A stretch of DNA of 63,071 nt, filler included, from Aduncisulcus paluster (GCA_024181965.1; 12 parts of 12 records of this genome joined end to end with filler, not necessarily neighbours in it), one strand, 5' to 3'; numbered from the whole stretch's first letter, positions 47,737 through 59,930 are shown. Program-made: numbers and translations. Notes: generated from the sequence alone by a model not told the origin.

Positions 47737-49328
47737 ATGGCAAAGGCTAAGAAATCAAAAAAAGGAAAGAAGTCCAAAAAGAAGAGTGACCCCCTTCTTG
47801 ATGGAACTGGAAAGGAGGTTACCATTGAACAGTTAAACAAGGAAACTCTGCGTGGATATTTGAAGTCTTGCAAGGAAAAGTCGCTTACTCCTGTGAAATC
47901 CTTTGCTTCTGCTTTATCTACCGCAATGGAAGAAGAAAAACTTCTTCATTCCATCGCTTTCAAGGAAGAAGTGACCCACCACCAACTTGATGAAATTTTA
48001 GAAGCTATTTCACATTATAATCAATTTTATACATTATGTTTCCTTGGAATGCCTCTTGGAGATAGAGGATTGCGATCAGTTTGTCGCTTTTTGACAAAGG
48101 ATATTGTTCTACGGAATTTAGAGATAATGGANNNNNNNNNNNNNNNNNNNNGGAAGAAGTGACCCACCACCAACTTGATGAAATTTTAGAAGCTATTTCA
48201 CATTATAATCAATTTTATACATTATGTTTCCTTGGAATGCCTCTTGGAGATAGAGGATTGCGATCAGTTTGTCGCTTTTTGACAAAGGATATTGTTCTAC
48301 GGAATTTAGAGATAATGGATAGTGGAGTCACAGAGATTGGTTGTTCCATGATCGCTGCTGCCCTTCAAAGGAATTCTACGCTTCAAAAATTAACCTTAGA
48401 TCACAATTTGTTTGGGAATTTTGGGATTCGTGAGTTGTCTGGAGGAATCGCTCAAAACACGACTCTCAAGGAATTAAATCTTCAATATTGTGATATTGAT
48501 GAGGAGGGAATCCAATTTTTAGGTGCTTCCGTCCCCTACAGTGGATTAGACAAACTGGTTTTGCATGGGAACAACCTTGGGAATGCCGGTGCATATGCTC
48601 TATTCCGACAATTTGCCGAATGTGCCGCACAACGCTTAGAAAAGCGGAGAAGCGATATTGAAATGCGTGTTTCCGATAAGGAGAAGGCCGATGCCGGGCG
48701 TGTGGAAGCAGCCACCAAAGCAGCTGCTCTCGCCGCTGAGCGTCGTGGTGCTTCGAAAGAGGAGATCGAATCAATAGCTACAGCTGCTGCAGAGGAGATT
48801 ATGCAGCTTATTAAGCAAGAAAGTGAGGAAGATGATTCTTCTGTCAATCTCCCTGAACTTTGGGGTGAAGCTGGTGCTGAGTGTCCAATAGTCGACATTT
48901 TCTCCGCCCCATTGATATCTCTGACCTCTCTTGACCTCTCTTCTTGTTCTCTAACCAGTGATGCTTCATTGATGCAAAGTATTTTTGCTGTACTTCAACC
49001 AAATGAAGAAGGAATTTGTGCATGTCCCCGACTTGAAAACATTGATTTGAGTGGAAATTTCTTTGAAGAACCAAATCTATTTCTCGATTTATGTCTTGCC
49101 TGTCCTCAACTGTCAAAATTGAAACTAAATTGGGCGACAGTTCCCAAGATGTTATCAAAACAAATCATCACTCAAACCAAACGAAATGCCCTGAACATAA
49201 AGAAAGTGAAAAAGAAGAAAGCTCTAAAGGACAAATCCAAGAAAAAGAAAGGAAAGAAAGGAAAGAAAGGGAAAAAGGGGAAAAGGGGAAAGAAAGGAAA
49301 GAAAGGAAAGAAAGGGAAGAAAAAATAA
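47737..49328 (+). CDS. RNI-like leucine-rich-repeat protein with Lys-rich termini and a (KKG)n tail (467 aa after collapsing a 168-bp duplication)
   Basis: LQKLTLDHNLFGNFGI, LKELNLQYCDIDEEGI, LDKLVLHGNNLGNAGA; 47964-48131 is repeated after the 20-N gap. Confidence 0.85.
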
Positions 49329-49691
49329 TGTGTTCTTGCCAATGAATTTGTCATATAGTATTTATTTTGTCTTATTAGCGTGTTTCCCTGTGAATATTTT
49401 ACGGCATGTGACATGCATGTCAAGCTCTTTCAAGTTGAAAGTTTCAAGAATAAAAATTTATTACAAATTGCAAGTACAATATGATTTGGGGTCCAATTTT
49501 TGGACTATTTGAGTTTTAGCTCTCTTCACTGAGTGAAGTTCAGAATCCAATCATTTCAAATCAAAGTGCTATTCATACCTTTCAGTCACAGTTGAAGGTG
49601 AAGAAGGATAAAAACTCAAAGAAAAACAAAGACAAAATGTAAAAGAAAGTAACGCTTTGAAAGCATAACACTTGAGAAATGCCATAAAATA

Positions 49692-52600
49692 TTACTCAAA
49701 TTTAGGTGTTGCTAAAGTTGAAGCCTGTGGTGTTTGCCTATATGAAGAAGAGTGACTCATCAAATGACTACGTTGAGGAGATCCAAAGCTACTTGCAATA
49801 CGATCCACCCTTGTCCTTAACTGTTCAATTGTTCCGATAGCACTCTGGAAGTTCCTAGAATTCTCCGTTTTAGCAATATCATACAGAGCCTTGTTATCCT
49901 TCACTCTTCCTTCACAACTTCTCAATCCAGACCAACATTTGTCGATACCCTCTCTCAAATCGTCGTATCTCTTGTCCATGGCTTCTTTATAGCGTCTAAT
50001 ATCATCCTCCATGTCCTTCTTCTCTTCGTCGTGCTCCTTGTCACGGACTTTGTCTTGTTGTTCAATCTGATCAACTCGGTCAAGAAGAGTCAAACGGTTG
50101 TTGGCAATTTTCTCACCAATACGATCCAAAGCTACTTGCAATACGATCCACCCTTGTCCTTAACTGTTCAATTGTTCCGATAGCACTCTGGAAGTTCCTA
50201 GAATTCTCCGTTTTAGCAATATCATACAGAGCCTTGTTATCCTTCACTCTTCCTTCACAACTTCTCAATCCAGACCAACATTTGTCGATACCCTCTCTCA
50301 AATCGTCGTATCTCTTGTCCATGGCTTCTTTATAGCGTCTAATATCATCCTCCATGTCCTTCTTCTCTTCGTCGTGCTCCTTGTCACGGACTTTGTCTTG
50401 TTGTTCAATCTGATCAACTCGGTCAAGAAGAGTCAAACGGTTGTTGGCAATTTTCTCACCAATACGATCCAAAAATAGAGTCAGACTTTCATCTATTTCT
50501 GTCCTAAGTTGAGTATAACGATCTTCAAAGCTATCGACTTGAATCTTAACCTCTTCATTCTTGCGAACTAACTTATCAAATAAAATGCTCACCCTGCCTT
50601 CAACGTCACGTACCTTTTGCTCCAATCCAGTGGCACTAACACTCAATAAACGCTCAGTTTTGGCGTTCAACTGTCCGCTCCTTCTCAGAACATCACTAAC
50701 ACGCTTGTCCCAATCCAGATGAGTCTTGTTAATGATCGAAATATCCCTATTGACTTTATACAGTGCCATGCTCAACTTGCGTTCCTCTCTTTGTTCACAC
50801 GCCTTATCAAAGGTGTCAAAACGAACGCAAAGTTGATCAATCTTACGGGTAAGAACCACATTCTTCTCTGCGTGGCCACCTTCAACGAGGGCAAGTTTAT
50901 GTTCGAGTTTCTTAATATTTCCAAGTGTTTCTTGTTGAACATTATCCACAACTCTTGCAAACTCCTCAGTAATTCGTCTTTCATAGTTAGCTTGAGAAGA
51001 ACGATATTCCAAGAGTTGTTCCTCTCTCTTCCGCTCAACTTCTTCTCCTAAAACGTTGACACGGGCTTGCAAGGCATCAGTCTTACCATTAAGAGCACTG
51101 ACAGTTCGTCTGAGGCCATCAATTTCAGCGGTCTTCTCAGCACCAACACTGCATATCTTGGAGTCCAAGATGGAGCATTGATTGATCAGAGCATCCGAAA
51201 TGGCTTCCATCTTTTCGTTTTGCTCCGCAATAAGCATTGATTTGTGCTCAAGAAGAGCCATCTGTCTCGACTGAGTGTGTTGCTCCATCAGATCCTTGAT
51301 GTGAGTGCGAACGGAACTCTCAGATGTTGCGAGTGCCTTAGTATGTGAATTGTTAAACGATTCGAGAGTAGAAGAAAGGGAAGAAAGTCTTTTATCAACC
51401 TTGGCACCATCATGAACACACTGAGTGGAGAGGGAACTCAATGCTTCCGACAAGGACTCAATTGAAGCCTGTAGGGTCTCACGTTGGGCGGAAATATCAC
51501 GTTCCAAGGCTGTACGATCTTCCTTCATGGTTAGTTCATGTTGATAATCACCATTTTCACGAGAGTGGGTTTCTTGGCTCAAAGATTCCGAAAGTTCGGC
51601 AATTTTAGTGCATAGATCCATCACAGTTGGATGTTTTTCCACAGATTCTCTCATAAATTTAGGCATAGCTTCCTCCATTTTAGATTCAACAGCCAACATT
51701 GAATGCTCAATCGAAGACTCAATGAATGATCTTGTATGAGTTAAACACAATGAAGGAATTGAACCAGAAAGGATCTCAAGGTCATTTTTGACGGCACCAA
51801 CAGAATGTTCCTGATCATGCCTATTTGACTCGATAATATCGGTTATTTTAGCAATATCAGAGGTTATACGGGACACATTATCCTTCACGACGGTCAAATT
51901 CTGTGAGAATCCCCCACATGTGAGTGCTACATCCGATTGTATCTCCTTGCGCTGGTCAAGAATATCCTCACGATACTCATCAACAACCTGTCGTAATTCA
52001 GTAATATCTTTCTGAACAGACCTTGAAAGAGACTCAATTGAGCTCAAGGGAGTATAATGTTGAGGGACAGATGACTGGAATAAAGCCATTTCCTTGCGAA
52101 CACCATCAATTTCAAGCAAAAGGTTCTCCTTATGGCCTTTTGCAATATCCTTGGCCTGTTCTATACTATGTTTTGTCTCTAATATGGCATTTTCTTGCTC
52201 GGAATGCTTCTCGATGATTCTTTCACGTTCCATTTCGTATTCAGTTTTCATCTCTTCCATTCCAAGCAATCTAGCTCTAGATTCTTCTTCTATCTTCTCA
52301 TTTAATACACATACGTACTTTTTGATTGACTCATCAACGTCCTTTTCGTGAGATTCAATTCTGTGTTCAACAATTCCAATATCTTTTCCGATCTGTTGCA
52401 TCAATAAATCTCTAACATCAAAAATATTCTTGTCACAGTCATCCAAACGTCGGGTTATTGCAATTACTGACTGTTGATTGCGACTTAGTGCTTCACTCTT
52501 CTCTTGGGCTAGATCATCCGTCAAATCGGAAATTTTGGACGTTATATCATCTCTAGTACTTTGTAATTCAAAACCTAACTCTGTTTTAAGGTTAGAAATC

Positions 52601-52962
52601 ATAGTATTGGTACGATTACGCTCAGCATCTAATTGGCTTCGCAGAATGGATATCTCATTGTGATTCTGTTTGTTAGAACGTTCAAGTTGGGCTTTTAATG
52701 AGGAACATAATGTTTTTGTCGCCTTACTTTCAGTTGAAGTGCGATCTTCCACATCAGACTTCACATGGATAATTCGATCCTCCATTTCAGCCTTAAAATC
52801 TTCAAATTTCTTATCAGTTTCAGCAGATTTTGCTTTTAAACTGACAATTGTATCTTGAGCTGAGGCTAATAAAGCTTGAAATTGCTTTACCTGTTGTTTG
52901 AGATTGTAAATTTCTGTTTCATCGGCTTGTCTTTTCAGATGAGGTGTTTCTGATGTTTCCAT
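49692..52962 (-). CDS. Long coiled-coil (probably cytoskeletal) protein, about 975 aa after collapsing a 343-bp duplication
   Basis: Heptad-rich throughout. A duplication of period 343 (49781 vs 50124; GATCCAAA microhomology) splits it into ORFs 50113..52962 and 49692..50141. Confidence 0.8.
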
Positions 52963-53399
52963 CTGAGGTCGATATTCAAATATATCAAAATTGAACTAAG
53001 AAATATTTGTCTATGGGTAAGTTGACCAAAACACGAACTTCGTGGTTGAACCAATATTTCTGCGAGTGAAAATACAAAATTACAATCATAGGTTGACATT
53101 ATTTTATTGTAAAAATCAAGAGTAAAATAAATCATCGCATTGTACTAGAATAAAACTAACGTCTTTTCGTGTAGGAGGTTGGAAATTCTTTGATTAGAAA
53201 ACTGACGATATTGGTGGATATAACTTAACAAATCATAATCTTAATAATCATAAAATATCCTTACGAAATATTATGTTTGCTATATTTGAGTCTTCTAGAT
53301 TTTCTAAAAATAGCACACTCTCAACAATATCAAGATTCAATCATTCCTTCTTTGCACGGCTTTACCAGCAGTACTATTTATACCGTCATAATATCGGTC

Positions 53400-54310
53400 A
53401 TGTCTCAGGTATGTTTTAAGTTTTTTTTAAGTTGCATTTAGATGTACTTTTACTTATTGCTTTTTTTTCAATTTCTCCTACAATCTTTATTTATTTATTC
53501 CATATTTTGAATCAATATTATTTTATTATCTAGGTTGCCACTGTTCTTGATTTATCTCAGTCTGATGTTGAGAAGCTCCTTGCTTCCCACGCCCATCTCG
53601 GTACCAAACACTGCCTCAAGGCTATGGAGGGTTACGTTCACACCCGCCGTGGTGATGGTGTTCACGTTATTGACGTTCGCCAAACTTGGGAAAAATTGGT
53701 CCTTGCTGCCAGGATCCTTGCCGCCGTTGAGAACCCCGCTGATGTCGTTGTTTGTGGTGTCCGTAACTACTGCCAACGTGCTTCTCTTAAGATCGCTCGT
53801 TACACCGGATTCACTTCCCTCACTGGAAGATTCACTCCTGGTACTTTCACCAACAGATTGAACCCTACCTTCATTGAGCCCCGTGTTCTTATCGTGAACG
53901 ACCCCCGTAACGATCACCAAGCTATCCGTGAGGCTGCTTACTGTAACTGTCCCGTCATCGCTTTCTGTGACACCGACGCTCCCCTTCGTTACGTTGATGT
54001 TGCCATCCCTTGCAACAACAAGTCCACCTACTCTATTGGTGTTATGTACTGGATGCTTACCCGTGAGGTTCTCCGTATCCGTGGTGAAATCGTTCGTCAC
54101 ACCGAGTGGGATGTTCTTCCCGACATGTTCTTCCACCGTGACCCCGAAGAAATGCAAAAGATTGCTAAGCAGATCGAGGACAAGGAGAAGAAGGCCGCTG
54201 CCGCCGCTGCTGCTCCCGCTGAAGAAGAGGTGAAGGAAGCCTGGGCCGGTGAAGGTGAATGGGAAGAGGAAGAAGAAGATGAGGGTGAGGATGCTGATGC
54301 TTGGATTTAA
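53400..54310 (+). CDS. RPSA: 40S ribosomal protein SA (uS2); exons 53400-53408 and 53534-54310
   Basis: MSQ|VATVLDL...HLGT...TWEKLVLAAR...GRFTPGTFTN...DVAIPCNNK; high-expression codon bias. Confidence 0.98.
53409..53533 (+). other. Spliceosomal intron (125 nt, phase 0)
   Basis: GTATGT...TTATCTAG; removal supplies the missing ATG in frame. Confidence 0.92.
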
Positions 54311-54476
54311 GCATAATCGATGGACAATAGTTAAATAAATTTGGTTTTGCCTTTTATCATACCCGACAAATGCTCAACAACGAGTTGCTACTAACGATTT
54401 CCAGCCTACTTCAAGACGAGTTGAACTCGCCGCTCCGCAAAAAATTTTCTTTCATTTTGCTCATTCATGAATTCAA

Positions 54477-55404
54477 ATGTCAGAAAAAAGGAGGAAAATT
54501 GTTGTGTCTTATTCAAAAGATATTCCTGAACGCTATTTAAAAATGTTTTTATCAATTACTGGCAAGATTGATACTTTTCGTTATTTGTATGTTTATTATT
54601 TGATAAGACGAATCTATTATATCAAATTCAATCATCCTTTCTCTTATTTTATTTTTTTCCAACATTTTCAACTCCTTTATCTTCTTTTTATCACCCTAAT
54701 TGAATGTCTAAAGATCTCCACCTTCTTCTGAGTTGTTATCAGTTGTAATTACATTTAAAACAATGAAATCTGAAAATCAACTACTTAAATTGAATGGGCA
54801 TAGATTTGGATCATGCCCAATACAAGTTTATGAAGAAGGATCCAGACAACCAGGTGCACATTCTGACACCCCTCTTTCAGAAAAACAACAACTTTCAGCC
54901 TTTGAAAAAATACTCCTTCTTCAACAAAAAACACAAAAAGATAAAGACAAGGAAAAAATGATGCAATCATCCGAAAAATCTCACTCTCTCGATCCTACCA
55001 AATTTTCTTCCGAAGAATATGCGATTAAATGTACTCTCTACATTGGTAATATTCCATCAAGCGCAACAGAACACGATATTATGAAGTTATTACAATCTCA
55101 TGGAAATGTGATTAAGGTGAAATTAAAATCTCTTCTTGATCCATCCCAAAAATTTACTTTTGGATTTGTTGAATTTGAGAATGCAAATGTAATCGAAAAA
55201 ATATTACATAAAGAAATATATTTTGGAGATTCAGTATTAAAATTTGGAAGAGCAAGATCATCTTTAACGGGAGGTGATCGTCCAACTGTTGTTGAACTTT
55301 CACAAGAGATATGCGATGAAGGTTCACTGGTTATGTATGAGGTAAACCAAGTAATTCGTATGATTATGACCGATTTAGACGGTTCAAAACATTTTAAGCA
55401 TTAA
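54477..55404 (+). CDS. Tandem-RRM RNA-binding protein; exons 54477-54586 and 54714-55404
   Basis: RRM2 has RNP2 TLYIGNIP and RNP1 TFGFVEF. Splicing builds RRM1 (KIVVSY..IPERYLKMFLSITGKI...VVITF...LLKLNGHRFG). Confidence 0.85.
54587..54713 (+). other. Spliceosomal intron (127 nt, phase 2)
   Basis: GTATGT donor, CCCTAAT candidate branch point, AAG acceptor; the join is in frame. Confidence 0.8.
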
Positions 55405-55646
55405 TGGGGATAAGTTCTAATCAGGCATATAGAACAATAATTCAAATTCAAGACATTTTATAAATATTTTTATAAATCAATCTAATTTTTTAAATAAAAT
55501 ATAACTATTATTGTTTTTGATATGATCATTTTGGCAACGAAGATTTTCGAATGCTGTTTTGAGTGAGTTTGAGGTCTCTTCTATTTTTTAAAACTTTCCA
55601 TTTCTTTTAAAAACTCAATTTAGTGTTTTTCTTGTGTCTTTTGTAT

Positions 55647-56879
55647 ATGTCTGCTCTTGACCATGATAAACGCAAGTCATCATATAGAGTTTGTCTTGCC
55701 CACTGCAAATATCCGGTTATTCACGAAGTTATTCATAAAAGAGGTTGGAAAATTGTTGATGATGAATCTCAAGACTGGAATTTGATTTGGCATGACCGTT
55801 CTGTTCCGATATCCACAGTTATGAAGCTATCTCCCTGGCAACAGCTCAACCACTTTCCAAATACAAGAGAAATTGCCCGAAAGGATTATCTTGCTCGAAA
55901 TATGAAAAGATTTCAAAAGCGTTTTCCGCAATCATTTTCTTTTTTCCCATTAACCTTTGTCTTCCCTTCCGAGATTCCACAACTCCGTCAATTTATAAAA
56001 TCATATAAATACAAACTTTCTAAAGATCTTTTTATTTCTAAACCCGTTCGTGGATCGCAAGGTAAAGGAATTCGTCTTTTGCCTGACCTTTCTACTTTTC
56101 CTTCAGAACCTTGCGTTATCCAGAAATATATTTCAAATCCATTATTAATTAACGGCAAAAAGTGTGATTTGCGTCTCTACGTTATTATTTATTCTGTCAA
56201 TCCGTTAATTATCCTTCTCCACTCCCATGGAATTGTTCGTTTTGCTTCAACAAAATATTCCACAGATCCTAAACATATTGGACAAACAACAATGCACTTA
56301 ACTAATTACAGTCTTAACAAACATTATGTCAAAAAAGAATCTTATGTAAAAGTTTGCACTGACGATATCCATTTTACCAAACCTCTCGAAGGTAAATTTC
56401 CTCCTCACCATCATAAAACCATGTTATCTACTTCTTTAAAATGGACTCTTGACAAGTTTAACCAATATTTATTTGATATTGATGTTGATGTCGCCAAAGT
56501 TTGGAGTGACATTGCTGATGTCATCATAAAGACTGTTTTTGTTGGTTCTTCTCACATGAAATACAACAAAACACGTGCGGGCATGTGTTTTGAAGTGCTT
56601 GGATTCGATATTATGTTGGATTCAAAATTCAAACCGTGGTTGATCGAAGTGAATCATTCCCCTTCTTATTCTTGCGATTCTGAACTAGATTCCATCATTA
56701 AAGAGAAATTACTCAACGACGTGTTCGATCTTGTTCATAAGCGAGCAATATCAAGGCGTGTAGTTGAGAAGAGTGAGCGAAAAGCACACAAAAGACGAAT
56801 GTTTCATGCTGTGACAAGAACTCAATCATATCTTGACGGCCTTGTCGATCGCTCGACCAAAGACTCTTCTTTCCAATAG
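55647..56879 (+). CDS. Tubulin polyglutamylase (TTLL6/13-like)
   Basis: WNLIWHD, QQLNHFP..EIARKDYLARN, ISKPVRGSQGKGI, VIQKYI.NPLLI.GKKCDLRLY, HLTNYSLNK, CFEVLGFDIMLD..KPWLIEVNHSPS. Confidence 0.95.
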   Translation: MSALDHDKRKSSYRVCLAHCKYPVIHEVIHKRGWKIVDDESQDWNLIWHDRSVPISTVMKLSPWQQLNHFPNTREIARKDYLARNMKRFQKRFPQSFSFFPLTFVFPSEIPQLRQFIKSYKYKLSKDLFISKPVRGSQGKGIRLLPDLSTFPSEPCVIQKYISNPLLINGKKCDLRLYVIIYSVNPLIILLHSHGIVRFASTKYSTDPKHIGQTTMHLTNYSLNKHYVKKESYVKVCTDDIHFTKPLEGKFPPHHHKTMLSTSLKWTLDKFNQYLFDIDVDVAKVWSDIADVIIKTVFVGSSHMKYNKTRAGMCFEVLGFDIMLDSKFKPWLIEVNHSPSYSCDSELDSIIKEKLLNDVFDLVHKRAISRRVVEKSERKAHKRRMFHAVTRTQSYLDGLVDRSTKDSSFQ

Positions 56880-56981
56880 AGNNNNNNNNNNNNNNNNNNN
56901 NNNNNNNNNNNNNNNNNNNNNNNNNTTAATTAATTAANNNNNNNNNNNNNNNNNNNNNNNNNNNNNNNNNNNNNNNNNNNN

Positions 56982-57280
56982 TTTCCTCGTTTCTTTTCCG
57001 AATCTTTTAAATTATATACGAATCGCTGATATTGAAGGATCCATGGTGTTGAAATCGATAAAATGCTAACTTCCTGAGGCGTCAATGTCGTAGGATCAGA
57101 TTTTTTTATCTTTTCATATTTTTGAAGGCATTTTAAGTGTCGTTTTCGGAAATCCTTTAGATTCTTTGATGTTTGAGCACCTTTTTCATGAAGCAAGCAG
57201 TATGGAGCGTAATTTGAAGTAGTTTCAACTTCTAATTTAACAATTTTCGTATTGCTATCATCACTTTGTCTCTCTGCCAT
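56982..57280 (-). CDS. Hypothetical protein, 3'-partial
   Basis: ATG ORF open to the contig edge. Confidence 0.55.
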
Positions 57281-58044
57281 TTTGTACTATGATGAGTCGA
57301 ATTCAGAAGGACAATTTATTGTTAGCAAGATACTTTTTGTATCATACTGTTTTGGAGATATACGTTTTTCTAACTGGGCGAAATAAAAGAATTTGTTATT
57401 GATTTTGCTATTTTATTCTGTATTATGACATCTTCCTTTGGTATAAATATTTGAAAGCGGATTTTCCTTTTGCAGAGTAAATTTTCGCTCGCAGAATCGA
57501 AATTCCATTCTCATGACCCCCTGAAAATTTTCGTAGTGGTGAAAAAAGTATCATTCAGTCTATGAGAGTATACTTGGTTACATATTGAAATTTAGTTAAA
57601 AAATATCATAACAGCTTTTTATCTTGCTAAAAAATGTGGATAACCACTTATATCACTGAGAAAAAATTTCTTTCTGTGTTTACATGATATTGCTAACTGA
57701 CAGAAAATGGATAAGGTCTCAATTACGTTATATTAAAACGTATAATTGTTTTCGTCAGGTAAATGAAATATAAACATGCTAGTTCATCTGGAATAACAAA
57801 TTTGAGAAATTGACATTTCTTCTCATGTTGAGTGTAAAATGGGAGAGTATAATGTTTTATTTCGCCATATTATATCAAATATCGGAAATTATGCTGTTCA
57901 CTTTTTTGATTTAGTCTCTTATTCTTTTCCTGTAGGTGACAAACTTTGTCACTATATTGATTGATCGAATCGATTTCTTTCCGGCATTTTTTGAATTTTA
58001 TTAATATATAACATATAAATATATAAAAAAAGTGTCATTATATC

Positions 58045-58995
58045 ATGGAACATTCAACCTTTCATGCTCCCTTTGATGGAATTATTGGGCGAGACAGCTC
58101 GAATAGATTACGAATAACGATGGGAATTCCGCGATCAAATACGGTAGGTGGATTGAAATTCTGGGATGTTTCTTACTCCCCTCCTTTGGAAGAATATTAT
58201 GTCGTGTTTTTGTTCATTCCCATCATTATATTTGCAAGATATGTGATTACCAACAGCATGGTTTGGTTTTCAGCGAAATTTCTCAATCTATCGCCGAAAA
58301 TATCTCAGAAATTTGGAGATTCTTTCTTCTTTTTTATTTATTATTTGGTTATGACTATTTTTGCTTCTTATATTGGAATTACCGAACATTATTTTACACA
58401 ACCGCGTAATTGCTTCGTTGGATATCCAAATATGAGCTTTTTAACGCCAGAAAAATATTATATTGAGATCCAATTAGCTTATTACATCACAGGAATCTTC
58501 ACTTGTCTCGTAGATAGCCGGAAAAAGTTTAAAGATTTTAAAATCATGCTTGTTCACCATATTATCACCGTTGAATTGCTTTTATCTTCATTAGTTTTTG
58601 GAATATGGAAAATTAGTGTGCCAATTGCCGGAATTCACGATATTTCTGACATTTTCCTTGAATTTAGCAAGCTAATCAATTATTCAGTGGGAGTTCCCTG
58701 GTCCATTCCAACTTTTATTTTGTTTTCAATTATTTTCTTCGTCACACGCCTTATAATTTTTCCATTTGTTTATGTTTATGCATGGGGAGTTACATTTCCA
58801 AAAATGATGGAAGAAATTGGACAAATTGTAATTCAATGGTACCATCCAACGATGATGTTCTTCGGTATTCTCATTTTCTTGCATATTCTTTGGATGACAA
58901 TGATTCTCAAAATGTCAATTGGACTAGCTAATGGTAACTTGAAGGGAGATATTCGGGATGACGATGAACATGTTAAAAAGGGGAATAATAATTAA
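58045..58995 (+). CDS. Ceramide synthase (LAG1/LAC1, TLC domain)
   Basis: Lag1 motif KDFKIMLVHHIIT...IHDISDIFLEFSKLINY; multiple TM helices; C-terminal DIRDDD. Confidence 0.95.
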   Translation: MEHSTFHAPFDGIIGRDSSNRLRITMGIPRSNTVGGLKFWDVSYSPPLEEYYVVFLFIPIIIFARYVITNSMVWFSAKFLNLSPKISQKFGDSFFFFIYYLVMTIFASYIGITEHYFTQPRNCFVGYPNMSFLTPEKYYIEIQLAYYITGIFTCLVDSRKKFKDFKIMLVHHIITVELLLSSLVFGIWKISVPIAGIHDISDIFLEFSKLINYSVGVPWSIPTFILFSIIFFVTRLIIFPFVYVYAWGVTFPKMMEEIGQIVIQWYHPTMMFFGILIFLHILWMTMILKMSIGLANGNLKGDIRDDDEHVKKGNNN

Positions 58996-59215
58996 ATAAT
59001 AAATAAAAATAGAGAGATAATCTCTTGCCAAGTGAAACGGTGAAGATGGTCCATTTTTTACGAAAGGCTGAGAATAGACGTCTAACGGTGACATATGCTG
59101 GTAGTCATCTTCAGAGTTTATAGAATAACTTTGACATAAGATAGACGACAGATGCCCCACATTCCAAAGACAATAAACACAGAGCACAAGTCTCAGTATC
59201 AAATGTATCGGATGA

Positions 59216-59829
59216 TCAGGGTATAGAATTGGAGTTGGAATTGGAGTTGGAATTGGAGTAAGACACCGAGTCCATTTCCCACCCAACAAACAGATCTCTG
59301 CGCACCATAAGCACAGCCTTGCTCTCGTGGTGGACACTGACAGCCCCTGTAATCACCTTCAAGGGCAGCCTCAAGCCACCTTGCATACTCAACACACTGG
59401 TCTGGCCAGGGAACGTTGGCAAGAGAGAAGAAAGAAAGAAAGCATGGCGATGTCTTGTTCCACCGACAAACGAGAAGGCTTTCAGCTCAATGAAGCATGG
59501 ACGGCCCAAACGAATGAGTTTGACATACCCAGGAATGTCTTCACGACGGCAATTCAGCTTCTTAATGACAGTGATTCAGATGGCTGTCCTCTCTTGACGG
59601 GTGGATAAAATGGACAGAACTCTCGTTCAATCGGCACCAGGCGTCAGTTTTGCCGATATATGGACGGTCGATTTCGGCTAATGTGTCCGGGTCAGCAGCG
59701 TCAACAGAGAGGTACAACTGGGTGACAGGGGGCATGGCCTTGAGTTTCTCGGGGAGCTGGGAGTTCGAAACGAGGAATGTGCTCAACTTTCTGCGGTGTA
59801 GCTCGAGGATCAGTTCATTGATTTGAGGG
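59216..59829 (-). pseudogene. TYW1: TYW1 (wybutosine radical-SAM enzyme) C-terminal part, disrupted
   Basis: LHRRKLSTFLVSNSQLP..VTQLYLSVDAA..IDRP, RTAI*ITVIK, LGRPCFIELKA, ANVPW and GGKW are spread over several frames (about 4 frameshifts and one TGA). Confidence 0.82.
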
Positions 59830-59930
59830 NNNNNNNNNNNNNNNNNNNNNNNNNNNNNNNNNNNNNNNNNNNNTTAATTAATTAANNNNNNNNNNNNNNN
59901 NNNNNNNNNNNNNNNNNNNNNNNNNNNNNA

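Noticed and set aside
57936..57952. Dyad GTGACAAA-C-TTTGTCAC upstream of LAG1
   Set aside because: Single occurrence; an 8-bp arm can arise by chance in 63 kb.
59576..59578. Alternative genetic code or stop readthrough suggested by the in-frame TGA in TYW1
   Set aside because: It co-occurs with several frameshifts, and conserved genes (GDH, ubiquitin, RPSA, STX16, PRP17) end at TAA or TGA at the expected positions with no internal stops.
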